A DNA stretch of 64,000 nucleotides from an uncultured Verrucomicrobiota bacterium (GTDB taxonomy: Bacteria > Verrucomicrobiota > Verrucomicrobiia > Methylacidiphilales > CAMAQI01), in NCBI GenBank assembly GCA_964555235.1, contig CAZKRU010000005.1, positions 2,457-66,456 of the forward strand, read 5' to 3'. Position 1 is the stretch's first letter, and the number at the start of each line of letters is the position of its first letter. Of this stretch, positions 9,784 through 18,703 are shown piece after piece. The translations under genes and the position numbers were made by a program. A model generated the notes under the pieces. The model did no database searches. It was not told the DNA's origin and worked only from the letters and a program-made list of their open reading frames with translations.

Positions 9784-11237
9784 GATTTCGCTTTCTTCAG
9801 GGTGCAGAGGATCGTGGTTCCTTTACCTGGTTTTGATTCCAATTGGAGCTGTGCGCCGATTAAGTTTGCGCGTTGCCGCATGACATGAAGTCCAATCCCA
9901 GGTTTTGAATTTTTCTTTTTGGGAAATCCCTGACCATTATCCGAGACTTGCAACTGAATGCCGCTTGGGTGGTTTGTGAAATAAATGGTGACTTTGCTGG
10001 CCTGGGAGTGTTTCAGGGCATTATTGACCGATTCTTGGGCGATCCGGTAGAGGTGAATGGCGGTAGCGCTATCTTCCAGAGGGATGGTGGAGGGCGAATG
10101 TAGAACGCATTGAAGAATGCCAAGTTCGTTGGTGCAATAGGCGAGTTCGTCCAAGGCTTCCGTCAAGCCATCGGCTTCGAGATGAACGGGAGCCAAGCCT
10201 CGCGCCATTGCTCGGGTTTGAGTGATGGCTTCGCGGAGGTGCTGACAAATTCGCGAGGCTTGTTCTTCAAGGAAAGCGTTTTGACCGGGAAGACTGTTCT
10301 TTAAGGACTGACACATGAATTCGATCGCGGTGAGTTGTTGACCAAGACCATCATGTAATTCTGTCCCAAATCGATACTGTTCGCGCTCGCTCACAGTCAA
10401 AACGAGTCGTTCGCTCTCCTGAAGTTTAAGTTCGTTCGCTTTGCGTGCGGTGATGTCGGTTCGAATGGCAATATATTGAAACGGTTTCCCGGCATCATTC
10501 AAAAAGGGATAAATGGTCGTATCGACCCAGTAGTGTGAACCATCTTTTGCGCGATTTTTAATTTCCCCCCGCCAGACGTTCCCTCGAGAAATGGTGGTCC
10601 AGAGGTTTTTAAAAAATTCTTTCGGATGGTGTTGGGAGTTGATGATCCGGTGATCCTGACCGATCAGCTCCTTGCGGGAGTATTTGGAAAGGGAACAGAA
10701 TTTCTCATTCACGTCGGTAATTCGTCCACGCGGATCCGTAATTGCCACGATGGAGTGTTCGTCCAGCGCGGCTTTGATGGAGGTCAATTCATTCAGCGCA
10801 TTGATGGTACGCTTTTCGGAGAGCTTTCGGGCTGAAATGTCCCGAACAAATCCGACAAAGCCGCGTCCGCTCGCCAGATGGACTTGAGTGATGGAAAGTT
10901 CCATGGGAAACGTGGATCCATCCTTTCTTCGTCCGATCGCTTCGTGACAGAGGTGCAATCCTTTTTTCTTGGGATGGGAACGAATCAGATGATCTGCGAA
11001 CGCGCGGCGGTTTTCGGGATGCAAGAGCGTTTCGACTTTTCGTCCAATGAGATCATCCGGCCGATATCCGAATAATCGTGCCGCGGCGGGATTCAATGCA
11101 TCGACCAAGCCGTGAGGGGTTATCGTGATAATTCCCTCCGAGGTTGCTTCAAGGATCGCGTGCAATTTTTTCGCGCTGTCGGGAGTAGGAGTCTCACGAG
11201 CAGTCCTTTGAGAGGAAGGGATTTTTTTGAGTGCCAC
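9780..11237 (-). CDS. Soluble double-PAS sensor histidine kinase (HisKA_3 / NarX-type)
   Basis: No N-terminal TM segment and two PAS-like modules. The H-box 'ELHDGLGQQLTAI' and an HATPase region ('DNGQGF...GIGLHVMRQRA') are present. Confidence 0.85.
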   Translation of the reverse strand: MALKKIPSSQRTARETPTPDSAKKLHAILEATSEGIITITPHGLVDALNPAAARLFGYRPDDLIGRKVETLLHPENRRAFADHLIRSHPKKKGLHLCHEAIGRRKDGSTFPMELSITQVHLASGRGFVGFVRDISARKLSEKRTINALNELTSIKAALDEHSIVAITDPRGRITDVNEKFCSLSKYSRKELIGQDHRIINSQHHPKEFFKNLWTTISRGNVWRGEIKNRAKDGSHYWVDTTIYPFLNDAGKPFQYIAIRTDITARKANELKLQESERLVLTVSEREQYRFGTELHDGLGQQLTAIEFMCQSLKNSLPGQNAFLEEQASRICQHLREAITQTRAMARGLAPVHLEADGLTEALDELAYCTNELGILQCVLHSPSTIPLEDSATAIHLYRIAQESVNNALKHSQASKVTIYFTNHPSGIQLQVSDNGQGFPKKKNSKPGIGLHVMRQRANLIGAQLQLESKPGKGTTILCTLKKAKS

Positions 11238-11307
11238 GACATGCGAGTCTAGCGGTGAGGGTGATCTCTGGACAAGTGCGCTTTTTCAGAGGGGTGGTTA
11301 TCATTGG

Positions 11308-11535
11308 TTACGGTTTTTTGGGGCCCGCGTTTGCTCCGGCTCCGTAGGTGACCGCGCTTTCATTGAAAACATCTGATTGAAATCCACCGCTGTAGGACAT
11401 CAGATAAGCACCTGCCCAAAAAAGGAAAAGGCAGCACAGAATCCAGACCCAGAGAGGGAGCGCCTCTGTTTGAAAAGAGGGCGCCGCGTCTGGAGTTTCA
11501 GGATTATTTGAGAGGAGCAAAGGAGATTGGTTCAT
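11308..11535 (-). CDS. Small single-TM membrane protein, last gene of the cbb3-like cluster
   Basis: 75 aa with one hydrophobic helix ('LPLWVWILCCLFLFWAGAYLM'). It overlaps the CcoO-like gene by 32 nt. No recognisable motif. Confidence 0.35.
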   Translation of the reverse strand: MNQSPLLLSNNPETPDAAPSFQTEALPLWVWILCCLFLFWAGAYLMSYSGGFQSDVFNESAVTYGAGANAGPKKP

Positions 11536-12148
11536 CGTTGGGGGACTCCGGGAGTTCGTACGATTGATTAAGGGAGAGTAAATAGGCTACGAGTGCTTTT
11601 GCATCGGATTCGGGAACAATTTCATATCCGTCTGCAGGAGTGAAGGGAGGAGGAAGGATGAGTCGTTCGGTCGAAGGTTGACCCTTAATGGCTCGACGCG
11701 AATAAAGAAACGCAAACGACGGCATGAGGGTTCCACGACTGTGAAGCGACGGAGCGTAGAGGTGTTGATGGTGCCACTCGGCAGAAGGTTGGCGCTTTCC
11801 GATGTTCGCCAAATCCGGTCCAAGCCGGATGGAGCCGATGAGTGCGGGAGAGGTGCTCAGATAATCGCGAGCGACCGAACGACGATCTCCCCAACGCCGT
11901 GCGGCATCGTAGCCTTGATCTCGGGATCGTACTTGTTGCGTGTGGCAGGCGACACAACCATTGGCGGCATAAACCTGACGTCCCCGCTCCGCAATTCCGG
12001 AAAGGGGCGGAGGGAGGAGATCGCCTGAAACGGAATCCTGAAGTGGTTCGAGTTTTGCACTCTGCCAGAGCGGAATGAAGATGGTCCCAGTCCACGCAAA
12101 AAGAAATGCGGCGGCGCAACCGAGAATGAGTGGGATGATGCGTTTCAT
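11504..12148 (-). CDS. CcoO/FixO-like monoheme cytochrome c
   Basis: TM anchor, heme motif 'CVACH', and the FixO-like 'LGPDLANIGKRQPSAEWHHQHLYAPS...LMPSF'. I chose the start at 'MKRII', 1 nt after the stop of the upstream gene. Confidence 0.7.
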   Translation of the reverse strand: MKRIIPLILGCAAAFLFAWTGTIFIPLWQSAKLEPLQDSVSGDLLPPPLSGIAERGRQVYAANGCVACHTQQVRSRDQGYDAARRWGDRRSVARDYLSTSPALIGSIRLGPDLANIGKRQPSAEWHHQHLYAPSLHSRGTLMPSFAFLYSRRAIKGQPSTERLILPPPFTPADGYEIVPESDAKALVAYLLSLNQSYELPESPNDEPISFAPLK

Positions 12149-12149
12149 A

Positions 12150-13547
12150 TCAGGTCGAAAGTGAGGATTGTGGAGCAATCGCTGTTGGTGAAGGAAGATC
12201 GGAGGCGACCTTGAAACGGGTGAGGAGATAGAGCGTCACGAAAATGAATTGTCCTGCGGTAATGGAAATCCAGGCGAGGCTTCGGGCCCAGAGCGACGTT
12301 TTTAAGGGGTCGAGTAGATCGAGATAGGCGGTTTCTGCATGGGGAAGCGCAAAGGCTTGAGAGATTCCCGCATAGGCCAACGCGACAAAAGCAAATGCAG
12401 TTCCGAGAGCGACGAGCCAAAAGTGTGCATTCATCAGATCCGCTGAGGGCCATTCCCACTCACAGATTTGAGGAACGATCCAATACATGGCTCCGAACAT
12501 GACGAAGGTGTAGAATCCGTAGGTGACGAGGATCTCTTGTGCGGCAAAAAGCGGAGTGAACTGAAAAGGAGCATGGAGCGAGCGAAAAGCGAAGATCGCT
12601 TCGAAAATTCCGGAGAAGGTATAAGCCGCCAGCCCAAACCGTATAAATCGCAGGGCGGGATTGGCGCGAATGGAAGTTCCGGAGGTTCGAAGGAGGGGAA
12701 CGCTCAAATTTTTTACCACAGCGATGAGGGGAAGCAGTAACAGAACCCGGGCGATAATTCCGACGGTGACCAGCCAGCTCGGAATGGGGCCACCGACAAA
12801 ACGCTCGAAGCCGGTCCAACCTTGAAGAAGGATCAGGGACCAAAAGCCGAAGCGAGCGAGACCGAAATTCTCGATCGGTTGATCGGTGATTTTTGGAATC
12901 AAGAAGTAGAGCGTTGCCAGGGCCAGAGGAGTCAGCCAGAGGCCGATCAAGTTGGACGCATACCAAGTTTGAATTCCCGATGCCATGATTCCGAGTTTCA
13001 ACGTGGAGCCGAGGACTGCATGAAGGGTTCCCATAAGCCAAGGAAGCGCAAAGAGCGCGGCGATGAGATACCAGAGGGAAACAAAAAGAGGGCCGTTGAT
13101 TCGATTTTGTAAAAGTTGAAAAAATCCAAAAACCATCATGCCGTAAGCAATGAAGAAAAGAAAGAGAGCGCCATTTGAGAATTCCATTCCCGGTAGACCG
13201 ACGCCTTCTCCCGCAAGGATTCCACCCAAACTCCATAGGAGGACTCCATTCCAGAGAGTAATGCCGCTGATCGGAAGGGTTGAGGAACTGAGTGAGCTCC
13301 CGCAAAGTCGTGCCGTGATCCAGTAAGCGACTCCGAGTCCTGAAAGAGTGGCCCATCCGTAGAGAAAGAGCATCGCCGCTGCCGCATGAACGCGTCCGTA
13401 AGTCAGAAATGCCGTATCGTTCAAAAATTGAGGGGCGTGAAGTTTGATGAAGGCAATCAAGGCAAGTAGGCTGCTCGTGAGGAGCCAAAAAAGAGCGCTG
13501 CTGAAACAGGCCAAGACCGGAGGGCGCACGGAAGCGTCAATCTTCAT
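12150..13547 (-). CDS. CcoN-like polytopic membrane protein lacking the CuB and heme b3 histidine ligands
   Basis: Collinear with the CcoN part of 14102..16408, but 'WWYGHN' becomes 'TWYASN', 'GPHHLL' becomes 'GFERFV', and 'GHVHSG' becomes 'AQEILV'. The start is taken at 'MKIDAS' (the ORF track opens at 13637). Confidence 0.65.
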   Translation of the reverse strand: MKIDASVRPPVLACFSSALFWLLTSSLLALIAFIKLHAPQFLNDTAFLTYGRVHAAAAMLFLYGWATLSGLGVAYWITARLCGSSLSSSTLPISGITLWNGVLLWSLGGILAGEGVGLPGMEFSNGALFLFFIAYGMMVFGFFQLLQNRINGPLFVSLWYLIAALFALPWLMGTLHAVLGSTLKLGIMASGIQTWYASNLIGLWLTPLALATLYFLIPKITDQPIENFGLARFGFWSLILLQGWTGFERFVGGPIPSWLVTVGIIARVLLLLPLIAVVKNLSVPLLRTSGTSIRANPALRFIRFGLAAYTFSGIFEAIFAFRSLHAPFQFTPLFAAQEILVTYGFYTFVMFGAMYWIVPQICEWEWPSADLMNAHFWLVALGTAFAFVALAYAGISQAFALPHAETAYLDLLDPLKTSLWARSLAWISITAGQFIFVTLYLLTRFKVASDLPSPTAIAPQSSLST

Positions 13548-13607
13548 GTTGCTAGTCTTAGCAAAGCTGATGAAAATTTGACATTGGAGGTCCGGCGAAA
13601 TTTCAAT

Positions 13608-13622
13608 AGGGAAGTTCCTTAG
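13608..13622. promoter_or_regulatory. Second copy of the GGAA-N-TTCCTTAG site (AGGGAAGTTCCTTAG)
   Basis: 13 of 15 positions match the core of the 13711..13733 palindrome. It lies about 60-75 nt upstream of the CcoN-like start. Confidence 0.4.
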
Positions 13623-13710
13623 GGCGAATTGCTCCACGGCTTCCTCAATTTAAGAGGGAGCATGGTTTTTTTCGATGCTTCCCTAGGGGCGTTTCCGAGG
13701 AGGTTCAGGT

Positions 13711-13733
13711 TCACTAAGGAATTTCCTTAGTGA
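13711..13733. promoter_or_regulatory. Perfect 23-bp palindrome TCACTAAGGAA-T-TTCCTTAGTGA (candidate operator)
   Basis: 11-bp arms around one central base. It sits in the divergent intergenic region between the two cbb3-type clusters. Confidence 0.5.
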
Positions 13734-13916
13734 GAATTCGCTCCGCCTCTAATTTCAAGCGGGCTTAAAAATAGGTATCCTCTCTCCCATGAAAACATTC
13801 TGTCTCATGGAAGTGGCTCACGTGAGTGCGATGAGGCGGGATGGATCAATCTCGATTCAAGAAAAATGAATGGCCGGATCTATGAACGAGTACGACGTGT
13901 TGTGGGAAAGGCAATC

Positions 13917-14090
13917 ATGAATGTGATTGTGCTGACGATCTTTATTGGGCTCGTGCTGGTCTTCGTTTTTATTTTTCTATTTATGATCAATCAAAGTGAC
14001 GCTCCGGGAGATCGGGATGCGTTGCTTCCCTTGACAGAGGAAAAGCCGTCAGTTCCTCGAGTTCATTCAACTCCCCCAAAACAAACCTGA
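13917..14090 (+). CDS. ccoS: cbb3 oxidase maturation protein CcoS
   Basis: Short protein with one TM segment ('MNVIVLTIFIGLVLVFVFIFLFMINQSD...'), directly upstream of ccoNO. The start is taken at an internal ATG (the ORF opens at 13866). Confidence 0.6.
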   Translation: MNVIVLTIFIGLVLVFVFIFLFMINQSDAPGDRDALLPLTEEKPSVPRVHSTPPKQT

Positions 14091-14101
14091 GCCATTCCCC
14101 T

Positions 14102-16408
14102 ATGAGTCAATCGTCTGGAAAAAGAATCACCGTTGAATTTGATGACGAAATCGTCAGAAAGTTCATGACGGCGTCGATCGTCTTTTCAATTGTGGGGATG
14201 TTGGCGGGAGTGATCATCGCTTCCCAGTTGGCGCACTGGCAGGCGAACTTTAATCTCCCCTGGTTGACCTTCGGGCGATTGCGTCCGCTTCACACCAACG
14301 CGGCGATTTTTGCGTTTGTCGGGAATATGATGTTTGCGGGGATTTATTATTCCATGCAGCGTCTTCTTAAAACAAGATTGGCTTCCGATTTTCTCTCGGC
14401 CGTTCACTTCTGGGGATGGCAGGCGATTATTGTCGCAGCGGCCATTTCGCTCCCGCTCGGATATTCACGTGGTAAGGAATACGCGGAGTTGATTTGGCCC
14501 ATTAATATCCTGGTTGTGGTGATTTGGGTCGTCTTTGCCGTTAATTTCTTTTGGACTCTGGCGATCCGTCGCGAAAAAACGCTCTACGTCGCGATCTGGT
14601 TTTACATTGCGACGATTATCACCGTGGCGATGCTTTATATTGTCAATCATCTGCAGATACCGACGAGTTGGACGCACGGATATCCGATCTTCGGAGGGGT
14701 TCAAGATGCCTTGGTACAGTGGTGGTATGGGCACAACGCCGTCGCCTTCTTTTTAACGACGCCGATTCTTGGAATTATGTATTACTTCATGCCGAAGGCG
14801 GCGGAGCGACCGGTTTACTCCTATCGACTTTCCATTGTTCACTTCTGGTCTTTGGTTTTCATCTATATTTGGGCGGGGCCGCATCATCTTTTAAATACGG
14901 CGCTTCCCGATTGGCTTCAATCACTCGGAATGATTTTCAGTCTCATGCTCTGGGCGCCTTCCTGGGGAGGGATGCTGAATGGGTTGCTGACGTTACGAGG
15001 TGCCTGGCATAAGTTGCGCACGGATCCGGTTCTCAAGTTTTTAGTGGCCGGGGTGACTTTTTATGGGATGGCGACCTTCGAAGGGCCACTGCTGGCGATC
15101 AAGTCAATCAATGCGCTTTCCCACTATACGGATTGGACGGTTGGACACGTTCATAGTGGAACGCTCGGTTGGAACGGATATATGGCGGCGGGGATGTTTT
15201 ACTGGCTGGCTCCACGACTTTGGAATACGAAGCTCTACTCGATTCCTCTCGCCAATATGCATTTCTGGCTCGGTCTGATCGGAATTCTCCTCTACATCGC
15301 CTCGATGTGGGTCGCGGGGATTACGCAAGCACTGATGTTGAATGCGACAACGGAAGGGGGAACCGTTTTGGCGAATCCGAATTTCATCGAGTCATTGCTG
15401 GCCATTCGTCCGATGATGTATATGCGAATGATTGGCGGCGCGTTTTTCCTCATCGGATTTATTCTGATGGCCTACAATATTTGGATGACTGCCCGAAGCG
15501 GGCAGGCGGTGAATGGAACCATCGAGGTTTATGAAGAGGAGGGAACTGAAGTTCGCACGGTGAATCTTGTCCGGGCATTCTTCAACGCTCCGGTCGCCTA
15601 TGCTTTTGCAATCATTGTTCTGGCGCTGACTTGGGGCGTGGGAGGAGATTTTCTCAAGCTGATGGCAATGCTTGGGCTGATTGGAATTCTGCCCGTCGCC
15701 TATTTTCATATGCGACTTCGAGAACAGACTTGGGGGGACTGGTATGATCGTCTCCTGGCGAGCGTGGTTCCTTTTGCGATGTTAACGGCGGTGGCGGCTG
15801 TGATTGGGGGGATGGTTCAGATTATTCCGACTCTGATCGTCAATCGAAAGGATAATGTCGAGGGGATGCGTCAGATTCCGTACACGCCGTTGGAGCTGGC
15901 AGGGCGCGAAATTTATGTTCGTGAAGGATGTTATAATTGTCACTCGCAGATGATCCGGCCTTTTGTGAGCGAGGTGATGCGGTATGGGGCCTATTCTCGC
16001 TTGGGCGAGTCGATCTATGATCACCCATTTCAATGGGGATCCAAGCGCACGGGGCCCGATCTGCAGCGTATCGGAGGAAAGTATCCGAACCTCTGGCATT
16101 TCAAGCACACGGAAGATCCTCGCTCGACTTCGGTTGGATCGAACATGCCGAACTATCCGTGGCTCTACCACCAATCAACCGACATCGCTTCATTAAAATC
16201 AAAGCTGGATGCACTGACTCAACTCGGAGTTCCCTATGCGCCCCGGGATCATGCGACGATCCAACGTGAGGTGCTCGAGCAGGCGCAGGGAATTGTCGAT
16301 GATCTGAAAAAGAATGGAGCGGAGACGCAACCGGATCGGGAGATTGTGGCAGTGATTGCCTATCTCCAGAAACTTGGAAAATCAGAAAAAGTTCCTGCAA
16401 AGCAATAA
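14102..16408 (+). CDS. ccoNO: Fused cbb3-type cytochrome c oxidase subunits I+II (CcoN-CcoO)
   Basis: 768 aa. All CcoN ligand motifs are present ('RPLHTNA', 'WWYGHNAV', 'GPHHLL', 'GHVHSG'). The C-terminal FixO domain has 'CYNCH' and 'GPDLQRIGGKYPNLWHFKH'. Confidence 0.9.
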   Translation: MSQSSGKRITVEFDDEIVRKFMTASIVFSIVGMLAGVIIASQLAHWQANFNLPWLTFGRLRPLHTNAAIFAFVGNMMFAGIYYSMQRLLKTRLASDFLSAVHFWGWQAIIVAAAISLPLGYSRGKEYAELIWPINILVVVIWVVFAVNFFWTLAIRREKTLYVAIWFYIATIITVAMLYIVNHLQIPTSWTHGYPIFGGVQDALVQWWYGHNAVAFFLTTPILGIMYYFMPKAAERPVYSYRLSIVHFWSLVFIYIWAGPHHLLNTALPDWLQSLGMIFSLMLWAPSWGGMLNGLLTLRGAWHKLRTDPVLKFLVAGVTFYGMATFEGPLLAIKSINALSHYTDWTVGHVHSGTLGWNGYMAAGMFYWLAPRLWNTKLYSIPLANMHFWLGLIGILLYIASMWVAGITQALMLNATTEGGTVLANPNFIESLLAIRPMMYMRMIGGAFFLIGFILMAYNIWMTARSGQAVNGTIEVYEEEGTEVRTVNLVRAFFNAPVAYAFAIIVLALTWGVGGDFLKLMAMLGLIGILPVAYFHMRLREQTWGDWYDRLLASVVPFAMLTAVAAVIGGMVQIIPTLIVNRKDNVEGMRQIPYTPLELAGREIYVREGCYNCHSQMIRPFVSEVMRYGAYSRLGESIYDHPFQWGSKRTGPDLQRIGGKYPNLWHFKHTEDPRSTSVGSNMPNYPWLYHQSTDIASLKSKLDALTQLGVPYAPRDHATIQREVLEQAQGIVDDLKKNGAETQPDREIVAVIAYLQKLGKSEKVPAKQ

Positions 16409-16419
16409 CGGAGCAAACG

Positions 16420-16605
16420 ATGTTTCATCGATTACATTATGAAGAGTGGCAGACTTGGTTTCCGATCATTGGATTTTTCATTTTCTTTGCGGTCTTTTTG
16501 ATCGTCTGTTATCGGGTGATTCGAATGCCGCGCCGGGATGTTGAGCGTTTGGAAGGGCTTCCCTTTGATGATGAAAAGGCAAAATCTTCCGGAGCTCATT
16601 CATGA
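16420..16605 (+). CDS. CcoQ-like small cbb3 subunit
   Basis: 61 aa with a single TM segment ('WFPIIGFFIFFAVFLIVCY'), between ccoNO and ccoP. It overlaps ccoP by 4 nt. Confidence 0.55.
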   Translation: MFHRLHYEEWQTWFPIIGFFIFFAVFLIVCYRVIRMPRRDVERLEGLPFDDEKAKSSGAHS

Positions 16606-17153
16606 GCGAGCATTCTCAGCAGCCAATGGCGGGCGATGAATCGGTTCGAGCACACTCGTTCGATGGAATTCAGGAATTTGACAAACGACTTCCGAATTGG
16701 TGGCTCTGGACGCTTTACGTCATGGTGCTTTTCTCCTTTGGATACTGGTTTTACTACCAATGGCCGGGACCGGGAAATGTGATCAGTGCCGGAGAGTGGC
16801 TTGACCGGGAAATGACCCGGATCGAAGTCGAGGCTTCGACACGCGCGGGAGGCGATCTTAATGATGCGCAGCTCTGGAAGATGAGTCAGGATCCGCAGAT
16901 TGTGGCATCCGGGAGGACGACCTTTCTGACGACTTGCGCCTCCTGTCATGGACCGGAAGCCAAAGGACTCATTGGCCCCAATCTGACCGATGAAGTCTGG
17001 ATTCACGGGGGGCGTCCGCAGGAAATTGTTACAATGGTGACGAAAGGTTCGCTAGAGAAAGGGATGCCGCAATGGGGTCCGCAGTTAGGGCGAAAGAAAA
17101 TCGTCGAGGTGGTTTCCTATATTCTGAGTCTTCACACGCCGCCGGCAAATTAA
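16602..17153 (+). CDS. ccoP: cbb3 oxidase subunit III (CcoP), monoheme form
   Basis: FixP N-terminal motif ('HSFDGIQEFDKRLPNWWLWT') plus a single 'CASCH' cytochrome c domain. Confidence 0.8.
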   Translation: MSEHSQQPMAGDESVRAHSFDGIQEFDKRLPNWWLWTLYVMVLFSFGYWFYYQWPGPGNVISAGEWLDREMTRIEVEASTRAGGDLNDAQLWKMSQDPQIVASGRTTFLTTCASCHGPEAKGLIGPNLTDEVWIHGGRPQEIVTMVTKGSLEKGMPQWGPQLGRKKIVEVVSYILSLHTPPAN

Positions 17154-17154
17154 A

Positions 17155-18540
17155 ATGAAGATGGTTCAGCCCTCTTTGGATCAGGTGACAACCATTAATG
17201 AGGATGGCTCACGAAATTTTATTTATCCAGCTGATGTTCGGGGGCGATTTACGAATTTGAGAAAGTGGGTGGCATTGGCGCTGATTCTTTTCTATGCGTC
17301 CCTTCCGTGGATTCAAGTGAATGGAAATCCAGCGGTTTTTCTGGATACGACCCATAACCAATTTCATCTCATCGGTTTAACGCTCGTCGGGCAGGATCTC
17401 TGGCTCGGTTTTTTTGTCGTCACCGGAATGGGTTTTTCGCTTTTTTTTCTTACCTCGCTTTTGGGGCGACTTTGGTGCGGGTGGGCCTGTCCTCAAACCG
17501 TTTTTATCGAACAGGTTTACCGCAGGATCGAGCGATGGATTGAGGGGCCTGCCTTGGAGCGTCGTCAGCTTGAATCGTCATCGTGGAGTTCCGATAAAAT
17601 CATCAAGCGATTTTTCAAGCACCTGATCTACCTCGTGCTTTCGGTGGCAATCGCCCATCTTTTTCTTTCGTATTTCGTATCGCTTCCGGAACTTTATCGA
17701 ATGATGAAGACATCGCCGGGAGCAAACCTCGGGCTCTTTCTTTTTGTCTTTCTGCTCTCCGGGCTGCTCTATTTTAATTTTGCTTGGTTCCGTGAGCAGT
17801 TCTGCATTGTTCTCTGTCCGTATGGGCGACTCCAATCTGCGCTCATCGATGATCATTCTGTGGTGATTGGTTACGACAAAATTCGAGGTGAGCCTCGAGG
17901 AAAGGCAACGACTTCCGGAGTGGGGAGCTGTGTCGATTGCCATCGATGCGTCCAGGTCTGTCCGACCGGAATCGATATTCGACAGGGACTCCAGATGGAA
18001 TGCATCAGTTGCTCCAACTGCATTGATGCGTGTGACGAAGTGATGGTGAAGCTGGAACGTCCCAAGGGCCTGATTCGGTACGATTCTATGAAAGGTCTGT
18101 CAGGCGATCGGACTCGCTGGATTCGTCCTCGGACGATTCTCTATAGTGGCTTGCTTCTCTTGGGGACGGCGGTGATGGTTTTTGCCCTTTCAACATTTCG
18201 CCCCTTGAGTGTCAGTGCGCTTCGCATGGTGGGGGCACCGTATTATTTGACGGAAGAGAGCGTTCGGAATCAATATCTGATGAAATTTTTAAATAAGGAG
18301 AATCGTCCCTTGAAATGCCGAGTCATGGTTGAAGCGGAAGGGAAGCCCGTCATCTTAACCGGTGTCGAGGATGAGATTGAAATCCCGGCACTCGGGGAGC
18401 AGATGCGTCCTCTGGTTGTTACCCTTGCACGCTCGGAATTTCACGAGAGTTTTCCCCTCAAGGTTACAATAACTTCTCCAGATCATTCCTTTGTCATCTC
18501 GAAATCGCTTCCATTTTTAGGCCCGGAGGCGGCTCATTGA
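17155..18540 (+). CDS. ccoG: cbb3 assembly ferredoxin-like protein CcoG
   Basis: Multiple TM helices and two 4Fe-4S motifs ('CVDCHRCVQVCP', 'CISCSNCIDAC'). Confidence 0.85.
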   Translation: MKMVQPSLDQVTTINEDGSRNFIYPADVRGRFTNLRKWVALALILFYASLPWIQVNGNPAVFLDTTHNQFHLIGLTLVGQDLWLGFFVVTGMGFSLFFLTSLLGRLWCGWACPQTVFIEQVYRRIERWIEGPALERRQLESSSWSSDKIIKRFFKHLIYLVLSVAIAHLFLSYFVSLPELYRMMKTSPGANLGLFLFVFLLSGLLYFNFAWFREQFCIVLCPYGRLQSALIDDHSVVIGYDKIRGEPRGKATTSGVGSCVDCHRCVQVCPTGIDIRQGLQMECISCSNCIDACDEVMVKLERPKGLIRYDSMKGLSGDRTRWIRPRTILYSGLLLLGTAVMVFALSTFRPLSVSALRMVGAPYYLTEESVRNQYLMKFLNKENRPLKCRVMVEAEGKPVILTGVEDEIEIPALGEQMRPLVVTLARSEFHESFPLKVTITSPDHSFVISKSLPFLGPEAAH

Positions 18541-18553
18541 GCGGGGAGAATTT

Positions 18554-18703
18554 ATGATGGAATGGATTTTAAGGCGTCCTTGGATTTGGATCGTTTTACT
18601 CTTCGTCGGTTTGATTATGAGTTGGTCACAACTTTTTGTCTTGGCGGGAAAAAATCAACCTCAGCCGATTCCACTCGAATCGGGGTCCGCTCGGCATGAG
18701 TAG
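18554..18703 (+). CDS. Unlisted 49-aa single-TM ORF between ccoG and the DsbD_2-like gene
   Basis: ATG at 18554, in frame to TAG at 18701-18703. Translation: 'MMEWILRRPWIWIVLLFVGLIMSWSQLFVLAGKNQPQPIPLESGSARHE'. Its stop overlaps the next ATG (ATGAGTAG). It is too short for the ORF track. Confidence 0.4.
   Translation: MMEWILRRPWIWIVLLFVGLIMSWSQLFVLAGKNQPQPIPLESGSARHE

Noticed and set aside
12460-13488. 342-aa alternative-frame ORF on the minus strand within the CcoN-like gene, plus a 104-aa ORF at 12145..12459.
   Set aside because: The translations are R/S/P-rich and low in complexity. The other frame gives a hydrophobic protein collinear with CcoN, so these are frame artefacts.
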